This document shows positions 27,786 to 42,755 of a stretch of 64,000 nucleotides of DNA, piece after piece. How positions within the stretch are numbered: position 1 is the first letter of the stretch; every line of letters starts with the position of its first letter. The notes under the pieces were generated by a model. That model worked only from the letters and a program-made list of their open reading frames with translations, did not search any database and was not told where the DNA came from. The position numbers and the translations under genes are program-made. Origin of the DNA: Octopus sinensis (taxonomy: Eukaryota); contig NC_042997.1 in the NCBI RefSeq assembly GCF_006345805.1, positions 178,622,001 through 178,686,000 of the forward strand, given 5' to 3'.

Positions 27786-28159
27786 ATCTTTGGGCCTTGT
27801 GCCTAGGGTAGAAGAGATTATTATTAAATCTTAAATGTTTGAAAAAAATTAATATTTAGCTACAAGAAAGCTACTCATTCCTTTAGCGAAAAAATGGATC
27901 TGCAAGACTTTATCATAGTTCAACAGTTTATTGTCAACTGAATTAAATCAGCAACAATTGTTCTTAGAGAACAGTTTTTTTAAACATGACTAAACGACAT
28001 AACGGACTTCAGTTTTTAACTAGAACTACTTTCCTCGAAACTGACATCGGCAAGATTTGAACCTAGATACTATAGGGGGAGTGTAACAAAATACAGCAAA
28101 CCATTTAGTACGAATATCCACAGTTTTAGAACAACTCATTTCCTTTAATAATAATAATA

Positions 28160-28207
<48 letters not shown>

Positions 28208-28215
28208 TAATCATC

Positions 28216-28428
28216 ATCCTTTGTACTATGGGTACAAGGCCTTAAATTTTGGGAAGGGAGATGGTCGATTACATCGACCCCAGTACTCATCAAGTACTTA
28301 CTCCAGCGTCCCTGAAAGGATGTAAAACAAAGTTGAACTCGGCGTAATTTGAACTCAGAACGGAGGGGCAGACGAAAAACCGCTAAGCATTTCGCCCAGC
28401 ATGCCAACGATTCTACCAGTTCACCGCC
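28216..28428 (-). mobile_element. SINE family A
   Basis: Reverse complement head ggcggtgaactggtagaatcgttggcatgctgggcg; (AAT)n on both flanks. Confidence 0.9.
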
Positions 28429-28507
28429 TTTGATGATGATGATAATAATAATGATAATAATAATACGGCATTTCTTAAGATGCATGTAAATCACCTGTAA
28501 TAATAAT

Positions 28508-29064
28508 AAATGCTTTGATGCAGTACCAGGCAGCAGCTCTATGGCTTCTGATCTTAACTGACTGGAAGTTTTATCATGTACATTGTTTTGTCTTGGTATA
28601 AAAGATGGGCTACAACAAATATTCTGCTCAATACCACAGATTTGCTTGTCAGTTGTTTGACCTTAACCAGTTGAGCATGTCCTTTGGTGGCTGACGATAT
28701 GTGCATCTCTGATCATGAGTAGAAGTAGTGGGGGAGCATCATAGCCATGTGATGAGAGGAATTCTTTGGGGTTTGAATAATTCACCTCTGGAAACATGGG
28801 TGTTTCATTCAACATCCTTAAACAACCCTTAATCAGGGACCTTTTGAGTGGGATGGGTTACCCGACCAGAAGAAAATTCTAACTGGGCCCCACCCGCAAG
28901 GTCATGTGCTGTTTATCTTGTTATGAGATCACCATGTCACGCACATATGGTTGTGATGCATGTACCTGGTGTACCCTTATCAGACGGGTTGTCATGATGG
29001 GTATACTGGGCTTCGTATATTTTACTCCAGTGTCACTTTGATGGCATGCTCTGCTCTCTCAGTC
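28508..29064 (+). mobile_element. 557-bp non-coding dispersed element flanked by (AAT)n
   Basis: aaatgctttgatgcagtacc...ctgctctctcagtc; collinear with 12933-13489. Confidence 0.9.
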
Positions 29065-29077
29065 AATAATAATAATA

Positions 29078-29125
<48 letters not shown>

Positions 29126-29149
29126 TAATAATAATAATAATAATGAGTT

Positions 29150-29587
29150 AAAAATTTTGGTACGAGGCCAGCATTTTGGGGCGATGAGGTAAGTCGATTA
29201 CATGGACCTCAGTGCTTAACTGGTACTTATTTTATCGACTCTGTAAGGATGAAGGGCAAAGGCGACCTTGACAGAATTTGAACTCAGAACGTAAGGGCGG
29301 GCAAAATGCAGGTAAGCATTTTGCCTGGCGTGCAAACATTTCTGCCAGCTTACCGCCTTAATAATAGTAATAACCCATTCTACTACAGGCATAAGGCCTT
29401 AGCTTTTGAGGGAAGGGGCTAATCTATTACATCGATCGCAGTACTCAACTGGTACTTATTTCATCGACCCCGAAAGGATGAAAAGGAATGTCGACCTCGG
29501 CGGAATTTAAACTCAGACCGTAAAGACAAACGAAATGCTGTTAAGCAATTTGTTAGGTTTGCCAACAATTTTGCCAGCTCATCGCGA
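29150..29587 (-). mobile_element. Two tandem SINE family A copies (29150-29357 and 29374-29587)
   Basis: Both carry gagttcaaatt-like B boxes and the shared body, separated by a short AAT tract. Confidence 0.85.
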
Positions 29588-29849
29588 TAATATAATAATA
29601 ATCATACTTCTTATATAATAATTATTACATAGTCACAAGGCCACACACATTTAATAGACGAAACATCGATTTAACCAAATGCACAGTATTATCGAATATC
29701 GAAAGGACGATATGCAATGTCAACCTCAGTGGCGGGGTTGAAATCAGAACGTATAGAATATGCAAAGAACGTAACATTTTGAATATTCATGGAAAATAGA
29801 CGCACATTAACACGCACACATCACACACACACGCACACATATATATATA

Positions 29850-30080
29850 TATTTCTTTACTACCCACAAGGGGCTAAACATAGAGGGCACAAACAAGGAC
29901 AGACAAACGGATTAAGTCGATTACATCGACCTCAGTGCGAAACTGGTACTTTATTTATCGACCCCGAAAGGATGAAAGGCAAAGTCGACCTCGGCGGAAT
30001 TTGAACTCAGAACGTACCGACAGACGAAATACCGCTAAGCATTTCGCCCGGCGCGCTAACGTTTCTGCCAGCTCGCTGCC
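29850..30080 (-). mobile_element. SINE family A with extended linker tail
   Basis: Head ggcagcgagctggcagaaacgttagcgcgccgggcg; ends ttagccccttgtgggtagtaaagaaata. Confidence 0.9.
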
Positions 30081-30106
30081 TTTTAAACGGCATACCAGCC
30101 GCCGGA

Positions 30107-30137
<31 letters not shown>

Positions 30138-31315
30138 AAGCTGGGGTTATCGTAAAGAAAAGAAAACAGTTTGTTCAATTCGTAAAGAGAACAATACATG
30201 TACACAACAACTTTTGTAAAATGTCAGAATATGTGTGTAATATTAGTTCACGTTTCCCTAGTCTCACCAGAGTAATATTTCTTCTTTGAGATTGAGATGT
30301 CTTTCATTTATTTTTAAAATATTGATAATAAAAAAAAATTAAACAATAGGAAGAAAATAAAAAATAATACACACATACATAAAGTTAAGCATAAAAGACG
30401 GAAAATAGTCAAGCAGACAAAGACCATACAAAATCATGCTGGAACTACCCTGTTTGAATTTTGCTTGTTTTTTTTCTCTTTTTCGTTTTTTTATTCTCTC
30501 TGACTGAATAGATTCGAAAAGGGTCGGAATAGTTTAGAGAAGTGTCATTTCGAAGAATCGAAATATTTTTTTTCCTTTAGAAAAAGCAGCTCCGTATTTA
30601 TTTTACTGCTCCGGGTAGATATTTCTATTCCCACTTAATAAAATTTGAAATTGTGGCATTTAGAAGTTTTATATGTTAAGAAATTTATATTTCGTCCTTT
30701 GAAGGCAAATTCAACAACGATTTTGTTGTTTTAATTGTTTTTGTTTTGATTTTGAAAAATAAAATCGATTGCAGTTTTTATGGTTACAAAGCATTGTTAT
30801 TTTTTTCTTCTGGTAACAAAAGAAAAATAGAAAGGAAAATTATAAAAGATTTCTCTCATCTAAAGCTTAATTTAGGAGTGAATAGTAAACAGAAAATAGG
30901 CGTCTGAAATCGGCATCTATAAAACAGGACTATAACAATTTATTTACACAGGAAAAGTCATATTTCTGTCCACATTTATATTGGAAGTTAAAATGCGATG
31001 CTGTGAAGCTCATTAGCTCCGTAATTAAAACAATTCTAACTGGGAAATCACTACTGGGTCACGACCTACCGTCACAATATACATACTTATATATATATAT
31101 ATATATATATGTAAATGTATACAACCCATTATTTCTGTCCATGTTATATGTATATGTATATGTATATATATGTGTATATATGCAGTATAATGATATATAT
31201 ATATATATAATATATATATATATATAGATATATATATATATATATATATAGAGATATATAATATATATAGATATATATATATATATATATATATAATTAT
31301 ATATATTATATATAA

Positions 31316-31407
<92 letters not shown>

Positions 31408-31410
31408 TTA

Positions 31411-31459
<49 letters not shown>

Positions 31460-31541
31460 ATATATATATATATATATTATATATATATGTATATATATAT
31501 AATATATATGTGTATATATATATATTATATATATATATATA

Positions 31542-31604
<63 letters not shown>

Positions 31605-32802
31605 TATATAAGTATATATATATATATATATGGATATGTGTGTTCGCATGCGCGCGTGTGTGCATGTAAACTCACATTTGCTCACTGGCATGGATTTCAA
31701 TAAAAATGTTAGTACACTCAAACAAACACTCATGGACATTATTTTCCAGAAAGACAGACATAAAAGATATTAAAAGTGAAGTCCAGGACTTGATGAAAAC
31801 GTTTCGAAATTAAGGTGATGAGATGCCAGTTTTGCGAACTGTTGATAGTTTACAAGTTCTTACAGAAAAGGTTGGAATAAAATGAAGAATTTAAATAATT
31901 AGAGTCTTAAAGTGGTGAGGTAAAAGGGTGCTGAAGGGTAGGCAAGGACAGACGAGTGCAACTTAGTGGTATGATTGAAGTGTCAAAGATATGTAATCAG
32001 AAGGTTCAATAGACAGCAAGAGGCCGTTATAAATAAGTGGTAGACGAGTTAAAGACACAGCACGTCGGTGAGCCAAAGGTTAAAGAGTACCATCGAGAGA
32101 ATTTTTTTTATCAATCTGCCGAACGACACTCTTCTCGATACGGTGAAAGAGTGGAATACAAAGTGCAAAGAGAAAAACTGGGAGTTATATAAAGTCAGTA
32201 AATTGTTCAGATTCAAGGAAAAGTCTTGGCACTGGGAAGAGTAAATAAAAAAGTCGTTAGTGGTTTTGAAATCGAATTCCGAATATAAAATACAAGAATT
32301 TCAAAGAGAGACAACTGCAGTTGATGATTTCATAACTGTGATGATGCGGAGCAGAAGAGGAAGTCCTGTTGGGATATTTCATAGTATCTGAGTGTATATA
32401 TATATATATGTATACGTTAAGTACACTCATATTCAGACGTAGCTACTCACAAACACTGCAAAATTTTCCCCGCTAGAGGGTCAATTATTCATATATTCTA
32501 AAACGGTAATTATAACACAGTAATACATACATATATACGTACATACACACACGTGGGTATACATATATATATATATGCATATGTATATATATGTATATAT
32601 ATATGTATATATATATGTATATATATATATTCATATGTGAGTGTAAATGTGTGTGTATAGTTAACAGTTCGCTTGTCGATTGTAACAGCAAGCATATTAT
32701 TTGAGTTTGAACGATTAGCGGTTACTGCCCGGTACGCTATACCGGCCCGTTCGATTACTACTCTGTCTGAGACTGAAACTTTGTTTAGTCAACTATAACT
32801 TC

Positions 32803-32863
<61 letters not shown>

Positions 32864-33048
32864 GCATGTATGCATATATATATATATACATATATATACA
32901 TACATATACATATATATATATATTAATATATATATATATATATAATATAATATATATATATACACATATACGTATACATATATATGTGCATATATATAGA
33001 TATATAACATATATATACTATATATATATATAGATATATACATATATA

Positions 33049-33090
<42 letters not shown>

Positions 33091-33286
33091 TCTATATATA
33101 TATATATATATATACATACCACATATATATGTATACACGTTGAGGTAAGTACGTTGATTTAGTGAAACCATTAACTCAAATTAGTCCCGTAATAATTGGT
33201 TGATCATGAACAGGACAGAAGTCGTGAGGAGAAATGTGTGTGTGTATGTGTATTTGTGTGTGTGTGCGTGTGTGTGTGTGTGTGTG

Positions 33287-33318
<32 letters not shown>

Positions 33319-33349
33319 AGATGAAGTGACAGAACGATGTATGGTAAGA

Positions 33350-33380
<31 letters not shown>

Positions 33381-34036
33381 GATATGGGAAGAAACTTGAA
33401 ACAATAGTGAGTCTTCAATGCAATTAAATAGGAATTTACTTATACGTTGGAATTTCAAGACATCATCTTTGCTATGTTAACAGAAAGAGATTTCAATGTC
33501 AAGGTACAGAGACGAACGACTTTTGTTTCTTAAATATTTCAATGTTGAAGGATTACAGCCATTCATATTAAGAGCTCCAAAGAGAATTCTTAGAGCAACG
33601 GATTAAATTCTTGCCTTACAATTAATAAATACTCTTTAATCTCAGCATGATGACAGAATCAAAGATTATTTTCAATTGATATTCTCTGATTCCAATTCAC
33701 AATCGAATTCACTGACGGATTGACAGACGTTTAAGCATAGATGCTCAATGATTTAATGCATATTTATACATACACATATGTCTACATACGTACATGCAAA
33801 GATACATACATATATATACAAATATACATATACTCATATATGTATGTTTATGTATATGTATGTGCCTATATGTGCATGTATTTGTACATATATGTAGACG
33901 CATATGAATGTGTGTGCGCGTGTGTGACCATAAAACTATTTTTAATATTTCCGAGCAAAATTGGTGAGTATATATAAGACTATACATACATACACATGCA
34001 TATAAATCTATATCTATATCTATATATCTATTTATA

Positions 34037-34075
<39 letters not shown>

Positions 34076-34076
34076 A

Positions 34077-34117
<41 letters not shown>

Positions 34118-35199
34118 TATAATATACACACATATGTTTGTACATATAAATTTTGATTTACGTAAAGGAAGGAAAAGTGCTCAATAGACCTCTGTTTTAG
34201 AGAAGTGTAGAATACGATGAAAATTGTCAAATGAAATTCTTCATACATAACCTTTAGGAATGAGGAAATAATCCAGTTTGTCGACATATTGATATATCTA
34301 TACCTTTATACATACATACATACATACATACATACATACATACAATACATACATACATACATACATACATACATGCATACATACATACATACATACATAC
34401 ATACACACATACATACATACACACACATACATACACACATATATACATATACATACATACATATATATACACACACACATATATATATATAAATTTATAT
34501 ATATATTATATATATATATGTGTGTGTGTGTGTGTACATGGACAGCAGCGGCCGTTGTAAGGGTACGGTATCTGTCGTTCTATGTTTGATGCCAATTTTT
34601 AAAGATTATCGGGTATAATTTAAGGGTCGTACAGTTCTGCTAATTCTTGCAGATCCATTGCCAGCCTAGCCAGATAGTGTTTCTCATGTTCGGAATATAT
34701 ATTTATGTGAGTGCATTTTTAGGTATATGCGTCTATATGTGAGTGTGTAAATATGTGTTTATATATGCCTGTGTGCTACGGTATCTCTTAGTCTACTTCA
34801 GTTTCAGTGTTGGTATTGTCATTCTTATTTTCAGAATTAACTCCCCTTTGTTCGTTCTTTTATTTCTTATCGCCTTTCCTTTATCTCGGTGCATATTGTA
34901 TTTCGTGTCATTCACAAATGCATGAACAACGAAAGATTGCCTTGGTATGCAATGATGATATATTAAACGAAATCGCTTAACTGAATTGACGTGTAGTAAG
35001 TGATACGTTACTAAATTAAAGAAATCAATACAGAAAATAAATGAACAAATTACATGAGTTCGGGTTCGTTTCATTATAGGATAAACAAAGAAACGATTAG
35101 ACATAGGAGCAAACACTTGCAGTCACTTATCTCAGTTGGAAAACAAGGAAGCCAGATAGATAATTTCGTTTCTGCATCTATTTTTCTGAACGTATTACG

Positions 35200-35589
35200 C
35201 TATATATATAAAGCTGAAGTTGTCTGTGTGTGGCAGGTTTGGTTGCCTTCAACTAACGCCATCTCCTCCGAGACTCTGCGGCGCAAGTTGACCAAAATTG
35301 AGAGTACGATAGAAGAAGGCTTGCTCTTCATTCCGTAGAAAATAAAATTTAAATCGGACCGTGTTAAAAGCAAAAATTATTTACATCAAAAAGGTACTTA
35401 TTTTTCTATGAAATCCCCATTTTGTACGATTTTTTGACTGCTGTGTCGCCATTTTTCGGTGTATTTCAACCAGAAAAATGTTCACTTAAAGAGAATAACA
35501 AGCTACATAATGTAAATTTTTTAACTTTTCTAAAATTCCAATTCTAAAGGGTCGAAACAAACCCGAACAACGCCGGGCGATACTGCTAG
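35200..35589 (+). mobile_element. Non-autonomous Helitron-like element
   Basis: 5' ctatatatataaagctgaag; 3' hairpin cccg-aacaacgc-cggg (35562-35577) followed 8 nt later by CTAG (35586-35589) and a flanking T. The canonical 5' TC is not intact. Confidence 0.65.
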
Positions 35590-35713
35590 TTTAGTTATAT
35601 ACGTACTAAGATAAGTATGATTGAGAGAAAGGGTATGGACAAACTTATTTCTTCGGCTAAATATTTTCCGAGAGTCAATACCAATTCATTCCTTGGAGAG
35701 TTACAATCGCTAA

Positions 35714-35822
<109 letters not shown>

Positions 35823-35827
35823 GTCTG

Positions 35828-35918
<91 letters not shown>

Positions 35919-35929
35919 GTATGTCTATC

Positions 35930-36322
35930 TAGCAAACCTGGTCATCAAACTGTTAATCCATTAATCCGTAAATCGTTAATTAATAAGGTTAACATTTTCG
36001 CTAACGATTTAACTATTACGTTAACTTTGGAAATCATTATAGGACTAATTAACTTCCGTAAACTCAGTTCAATTTAAGTTAACGGATTTTATAGTTTTGA
36101 TACTTTTTAAGGTGGTTTTAGAGCAAAAAACTGATTTTTTTCTTCGTAATAAAAATTAACGTTAACGGTTTATTGATAACTTACATTACATTGGAAAATA
36201 ATTAACTGATTAACGGTTATAGAAGTTAACTTCTTGGTTAACGGATTAATGGTTAACGAAGTTAACTTTTCGATTAACGGTTCCCAACTTTGCTATCTGT
36301 CTATCTATCTATCTATCTATCT

Positions 36323-36395
<73 letters not shown>

Positions 36396-36426
36396 TATCT
36401 TCTATCTATTTATCTATCTATCTATC

Positions 36427-36461
<35 letters not shown>

Positions 36462-36847
36462 GTCTATCTATCTTCTATCTATGTCAGCAACCTGGTCATC
36501 AAACTGTTAATCCATTAATCGTAAATCGTTAATTAATAAGGTTAACATTTTCGCTAACGATTTAACTATTACGTTAACTTTGGAAATCATTATAGGACTA
36601 ATTAACTTCCGTAAACTCAGTTCAATTTAAGTTAACGGATTTTTAGTTTTTATACTTTTTAAGGTGGTTTTAGAGCAAAAAACTGATTTTTTTCTTCGTA
36701 ATAAAAATTAACGTTAACGGTTTATTGATAACTTACATTACATTGGAAAATAATTAACTGATTAACGGTTATAGAAGTTAACTTCTTGGTTAACGGATTA
36801 ATGATTAACGAAGTTAACTTTTCGATTAACGGTTCCCAACTTTGCTA
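35930..36847. mobile_element. Tandem pair (552-bp period) of a ~365-bp hAT-like non-autonomous element inside (TATC)n
   Basis: Units 35930-36295 and 36485-36847 are near identical. Imperfect TIR tagcaaacctgg / ccaactttgcta, with many gttaac/ttaacgg subterminal repeats. Confidence 0.7.
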
Positions 36848-36851
36848 TCTG

Positions 36852-36913
<62 letters not shown>

Positions 36914-37145
36914 GAACGAACGATTGATTGATCTATCTATCTATCTATCCACACATTCATACATATAGATATGTGCGTGTGTGAGTGCGTACAGAGAGAG
37001 AGAGAGGTGGGAGCTAGCTAGCTAGATAGATAGAGTGTGTGTGTGTGTGTGAAGATCTGTGCATAATCTATTTTTTAATTATATATCTCCTATATCTAAT
37101 TATATCTAATTATATCTCCATATTATATATATATATATACACTAT

Positions 37146-37197
<52 letters not shown>

Positions 37198-38057
37198 TAA
37201 TATATGTAGAATATGTCCTTTTCTTTTTTTATTTCTGGTTTCAATAATTGGAATGTTGCCATCTCGGTGCATTCCATTCAGAGGAAATGCATCATGGTAT
37301 CTTGTTTGAACCCTCGCCCTACTCCATCGCTTCCCACAAACTTTTCTCGTGGTGCACTGTTAGTAACTGGCACCATGTAGAGAGAGGAGCGCTCCAGGAG
37401 CACCTCAACTATGCGTGTGCATATGCGTTTTAATGCGTGAGTATACATATGTATGTATATATGTATGTATGTATGCGTATTTATATGCATATATATTTAT
37501 GTGTTTTTGTGTGTGTGTTTATTTGATCTACATAATTGCTTACGCATGTAAATGTGTGTACGTACGTGTATGTAGTTGCATACATACAGGCAGACACACA
37601 TACAGCGTTACACATATACATACGTAACATTTTCATCTGATTGAGTTAGCTCGGAAACTTTTAACCCGCTCACGGCATCCATCTTGGTCCTACATTAGCA
37701 GAGGAATGTTTTTCGGGGAAGCATCCATTGACTTGTGTGTTGATCTATATACATCGTGTACGAACGACCTGCCCAATTCTTATATCTAAAGCGGGAAGAG
37801 CTGGGACACACACAAAGTTAACACAATCCAAATGTTCCACCTATTCTCTACATAATGAATACCAGACAGACGCAGTGTAACACCATCGTAAGATCCTGGT
37901 TTGGTTTAGTTTATTTGCAGACCTAAGACGCTGACGTGGTAGCAGGCTGTGAAGTAGTCAACATGGTTTAACTCAATACAAATAGGTTTATCTCAGTTAT
38001 ATATATACATTTATATATTTATATATATCTCATTTATATATGTATATAAATCGATGT

Positions 38058-38310
38058 GAAGGCGCACTGGCCCAGTGGTTAGGGCAGCGGACTCGCGGTC
38101 GGGGGATCGCGGTTTCGATTCCCAGACGAGTCCCTGGCAGCGTGGTTTTGGTGACCCCTGTTCTACTCTTTCGCCCCAACTTCCTCTCACTCTTTCTCCT
38201 TGTTTCTTGAGTAACGCTGCGATGGACTGGCGTCCCATCCAGCTGGGGGAACATATACGCCAGAGAAACCGGGAAAACGGGCCCATGGCTAAGCTTGAAA
38301 GAGGCGCATA
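38058..38310 (+). mobile_element. tRNA-derived SINE family C with V-domain-like core
   Basis: A box tggcccagtgg, B box ggtttcgattcc; internal ctgcgatggactggcgtcccatccag (38217-38242). Confidence 0.8.
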
Positions 38311-39053
38311 ATAAATAAAAAAAATATAAACCAATACCGAGGAAGGAGATTCAGCTTGTAAGCAGTATCATGCAAAGCTTCTAAAACCAAATAGGAATGT
38401 TAAAATAAGGAATAACAGGCTGCAAAATATTGACTGGGATATATCATATTTGGACAACGCTTCAGGTGGATGTAGCTAGCAAGCTTTTCATTATAGATGA
38501 TTACTGATATGAAACTGCATTGTGGAAGTGATCAAGTGACCAGGTGGAAAAAGTGTGTTGAAGTTTTTTTTAACACTTTATGTAAAAAATAAATGAAAAG
38601 TAAATATATATTTTGTTTGTTTGTGTGTGTGTATGTGTATGCGTGCATGAATGTGGTGAGGTGTATTTACCTGCTTATGGGTACAATAATACTTGTAGAC
38701 ATATATGCATATATACTCATGTATGCATATCTGTCTTTCTGACAGTTCTTTGTATGTATATTATTTTTGTTGATTATTTTAATATTGCCTATTATATATA
38801 ATATACACGCACACATTTATACAATATATATATATGTATATAAATTCATGTATACTTATATACACGCACATATCCATATATATATACACGCATATATACA
38901 TATATATGTATTCCTCTTTTCTCTTTATATGTATATATATATGCATATATATGTATATATATACATGCCCATATATATATGTGTATATATACATATACAT
39001 AGATAAATATATATATATATATACATACAACACATACACATACACATACATAC

Positions 39054-39101
<48 letters not shown>

Positions 39102-39737
39102 GCTGGAGCATAAAGCATACATTTAAACAACATATATAAACCTGAAAACACGCACACACATACATTTCTGAAATTAGGTTGAAAATTGAAATGATACTGC
39201 AATTACAGATCCTATAATAGGCAATATTAAAATAATCAACAAAAATAATAAAAGATATTGAGAAAATAAAATGAAAAAATCCCTTTGGAATTTCATTAAA
39301 ATTTTTGGCTGATGAGGTGTTTGGAATAAAAATTAGAGTCATAATTTCATTGGATTTTGAAATTCTACAAATTACATAAAGTAACAAAAATAAAAAAGAA
39401 AAAGAAAAGAAAAAGGGTGAGAAGTTGTAAAAGTCAAAGAATTGAAGAATTGGTTGTGCAAAAATTACAGAATTGCCTCCACGCAATTTTCCAATTTCGC
39501 GATTCTTTGATCTTCAACTCCCTCTTTTTTGCAGCGATGTTGGTTGGTGGAAATATAGTTATATAAATTTATTTATACCTTCAAAGACAGTAATATATCT
39601 ACCCACACACATATATAGGTACACATATAGTATATTGACACAAATCAATGTACAGCTATGTAGATATGTACGTACATGTATAGATATAAGCATATGTATC
39701 CTATCTCTATCTATCTATCAATATATATGTATATTAT

Positions 39738-39793
<56 letters not shown>

Positions 39794-40106
39794 AATATAT
39801 ATATATATAGTATGAATATATAGCATATATAATTTTGTATACATACATAAACACACTATGCATATCTAAATATACGTACAGGGAAAAGTATTTACATTAA
39901 AGTAGATGCCTTTTTTACTCACTCACTCACTCACTAACTCACTAACTCACTCACTCACTCACTCAATCACTTACTCATTCACTCACTCTCAACATGTTTG
40001 TGTACACGTGTGTATGTGTGCATGAGTATACAAACATACATAGATACATAGATACATACATACATATACATACATACATACATACATACATACATACATA
40101 CATACA

Positions 40107-40138
<32 letters not shown>

Positions 40139-40383
40139 CATACATACATACATACATACATACATACATACATACATACATACATACATACATACATACA
40201 TCATACATATATATATATATATCCCTGTGTATGTATGTGCATATATATAGATAAGACGCAGCAGTAGTAATTGTTTAACATGTGAAATAAATGTATTATT
40301 TTTATCAGCTTGGAAAATAATATCGCTTGATAAAATATTTCCATCAGACACTGACACGCCACACATATACACACACAGGTATG

Positions 40384-40480
<97 letters not shown>

Positions 40481-40509
40481 GTATATATGTATATTTTTGT
40501 ATATATGTA

Positions 40510-40540
<31 letters not shown>

Positions 40541-41467
40541 CCATTTATATACATATACGTATACGTACACATGTATATATATACATATATTTATATACAT
40601 ACATATATACATATATACATGCACTCATACATACATATATATACACATATAGGTATATATATAAACATACAAACATACATGCATTCATACACAGATATTT
40701 ATATGCATACATATGAGCACATATATGGTAGGATTTTCATAATAGATTAAATTATTATTTCAATTAAAAAAAAAATGATTAAGAAAACAAACCAAACCAA
40801 ACCAAACAAACACAGACAAACAAACAAAAGCCTCCAAAGAACAAATATAATCAAAACTTTTTGACTCCGCCACCGTTAATTATAATGTATTTTGATTAAA
40901 AAAAAACTTTTTTGTAGTGCAGAATGATTATTTTCAGTGAATAATGAATCAATCAACTTTGCTATTGTTTTATATTATAAATTCCCAATATTCATATTAA
41001 CGAAGTTAAATTTAATAAAATATCCTTCAAATCATATAAATAGTAACCATTGTATTTCAATTGGGAGTGTTAATTTGTTGATTGAAGTGTAGCGTATATG
41101 GAAAATTCACCTCTGACTCCCTCTTTAGCGTTGTATGTGTGTGTGTTTGCGCGTGTGTGTGTGGTGGTGTGCGTGCGTGCGTGTGTGTATTTATCTGTGT
41201 TGCGTTTGTGTTTGCATGTATTCTCTTTCTCTCTCCCTGCATATATATATATTATATAATATATATAGTATATATATATATTATATATATATACACACAC
41301 ATATACATTAGTATGGATAAACACGCACTCGTATATATGTCTATGTGTGTGTGCATGCGCATGAACACACCTTCATACACACATTCACATATATGTTAAA
41401 CTATTAATGACTTGAGCATACAGCTGGCCCCTATTTCTATGTTATATATCATCTCTCTCTCTCGCTC

Positions 41468-41527
<60 letters not shown>

Positions 41528-41887
41528 CTATCTATCTATCTATCTGTGTCTGTCTGTCTGTCTATCTGTCTGTCGTAGGTATGTATGTATGCGTATATGT
41601 ATGTATTTTACATTGAAAATGAACTGGACCTTTTTTTGAACAACTGTCTTCCTGATTATCTGAGTTTTAAGGAGAGTAGTATTTACTTATATATTTTATT
41701 TATCTATTTATTCATATGTGTTATAGTTGTATATTTTTATACATTTAAAGATACACGAATCAATTCGAGTCTCTCATTGCCAATCTTCGGGCGATTATCA
41801 TAAATTTAATAATAATAATAATAACAGCAACAGCAACAACAACAACAGCAGCAGCAACAACAACAATAACAACAGCAGCAGTAACAA

Positions 41888-41929
<42 letters not shown>

Positions 41930-41948
41930 TAATAATAATAATAACAAT

Positions 41949-42281
41949 GATAGTCAAGTAGGGAGGCAAAAACATATATAGATTCAACCATCTTAAGTAC
42001 GGAATAGCCCGGCTATGGCAAATGAAGAAGATGAAGCTACAACCAATTATTGTTGGGTCCTTGGAAGCGGTATCGGAAAGCATTAAGGGGGATATAAGGG
42101 AAATTGGAATAGAGTGCGCAGTAGAACTTTTACAAAACGTTTGCCCCCTTCGCACGGCCAGAATAACTAGGAAAGTATTAGATAGCTAAAAATAACGAAC
42201 AGCATGGTATCGTAGGCTGCAGGTAGTAAGACTGCTACACATGCAAGAGTCTAAGAGCTCCAAGAAAACCTATGATAAAGA

Positions 42282-42283
<2 letters not shown>
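41949..42283 (+). mobile_element. R4/Dong-like 3' fragment, same family as 11986-12760
   Basis: LKYGIARLWQMKK..PIIVGSLEAV..RTARITRKVLDS*; the UTR matches 12660-12760 and ends aaagaaa-(AAT)n. Confidence 0.85.
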
Positions 42284-42361
<78 letters not shown>

Positions 42362-42363
<2 letters not shown>

Positions 42364-42755
42364 TAGGTGTGTCTGTGCGATAAGAATTTGCTTCTCAACC
42401 ACATCGCTTCGGGTTCATTCCCATTGTGTGACACCTTGGTGCAAGTGTGTCCCACAATAGCCCCGGGTCGACCTATGCCTTGTAGGTGGGTTTAATAGAC
42501 GGAAACTGAAAGAAGCTCGTATATATGATATATATATATATATATACTATATGTACTATATGTGTGTGTGTGTGTGTGTGTGTATGTGTGTGTGTTTGTG
42601 TCGGTGTTTGTGTGTGTGTTGAGGTGAGCGTGTGCATCTGTGTCTGTGTTTTCCCCCTAACACCTTTTGGCAACCGGCGTTGGTATATATATTTCTCCTT
42701 AACTTAGTGGTTCCGCAAAAATCCACAAGCGTAAATGACTGAAAGAAGTGAAAGA
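42362..42755 (+). mobile_element. SINE family B interrupted by (TA)/(TG)n
   Basis: taagaatttgcttctcaaccacatc..gggttcattccc..caccttggtgcaagtgtg...gacggaaactgaaagaagc; tail aaatgactgaaagaagtgaaaga. Confidence 0.8.

Noticed and set aside
37248-37433. GC-richer unique patch with short ORFs on both strands
   Set aside because: No recognisable domain or convincing splice pair.
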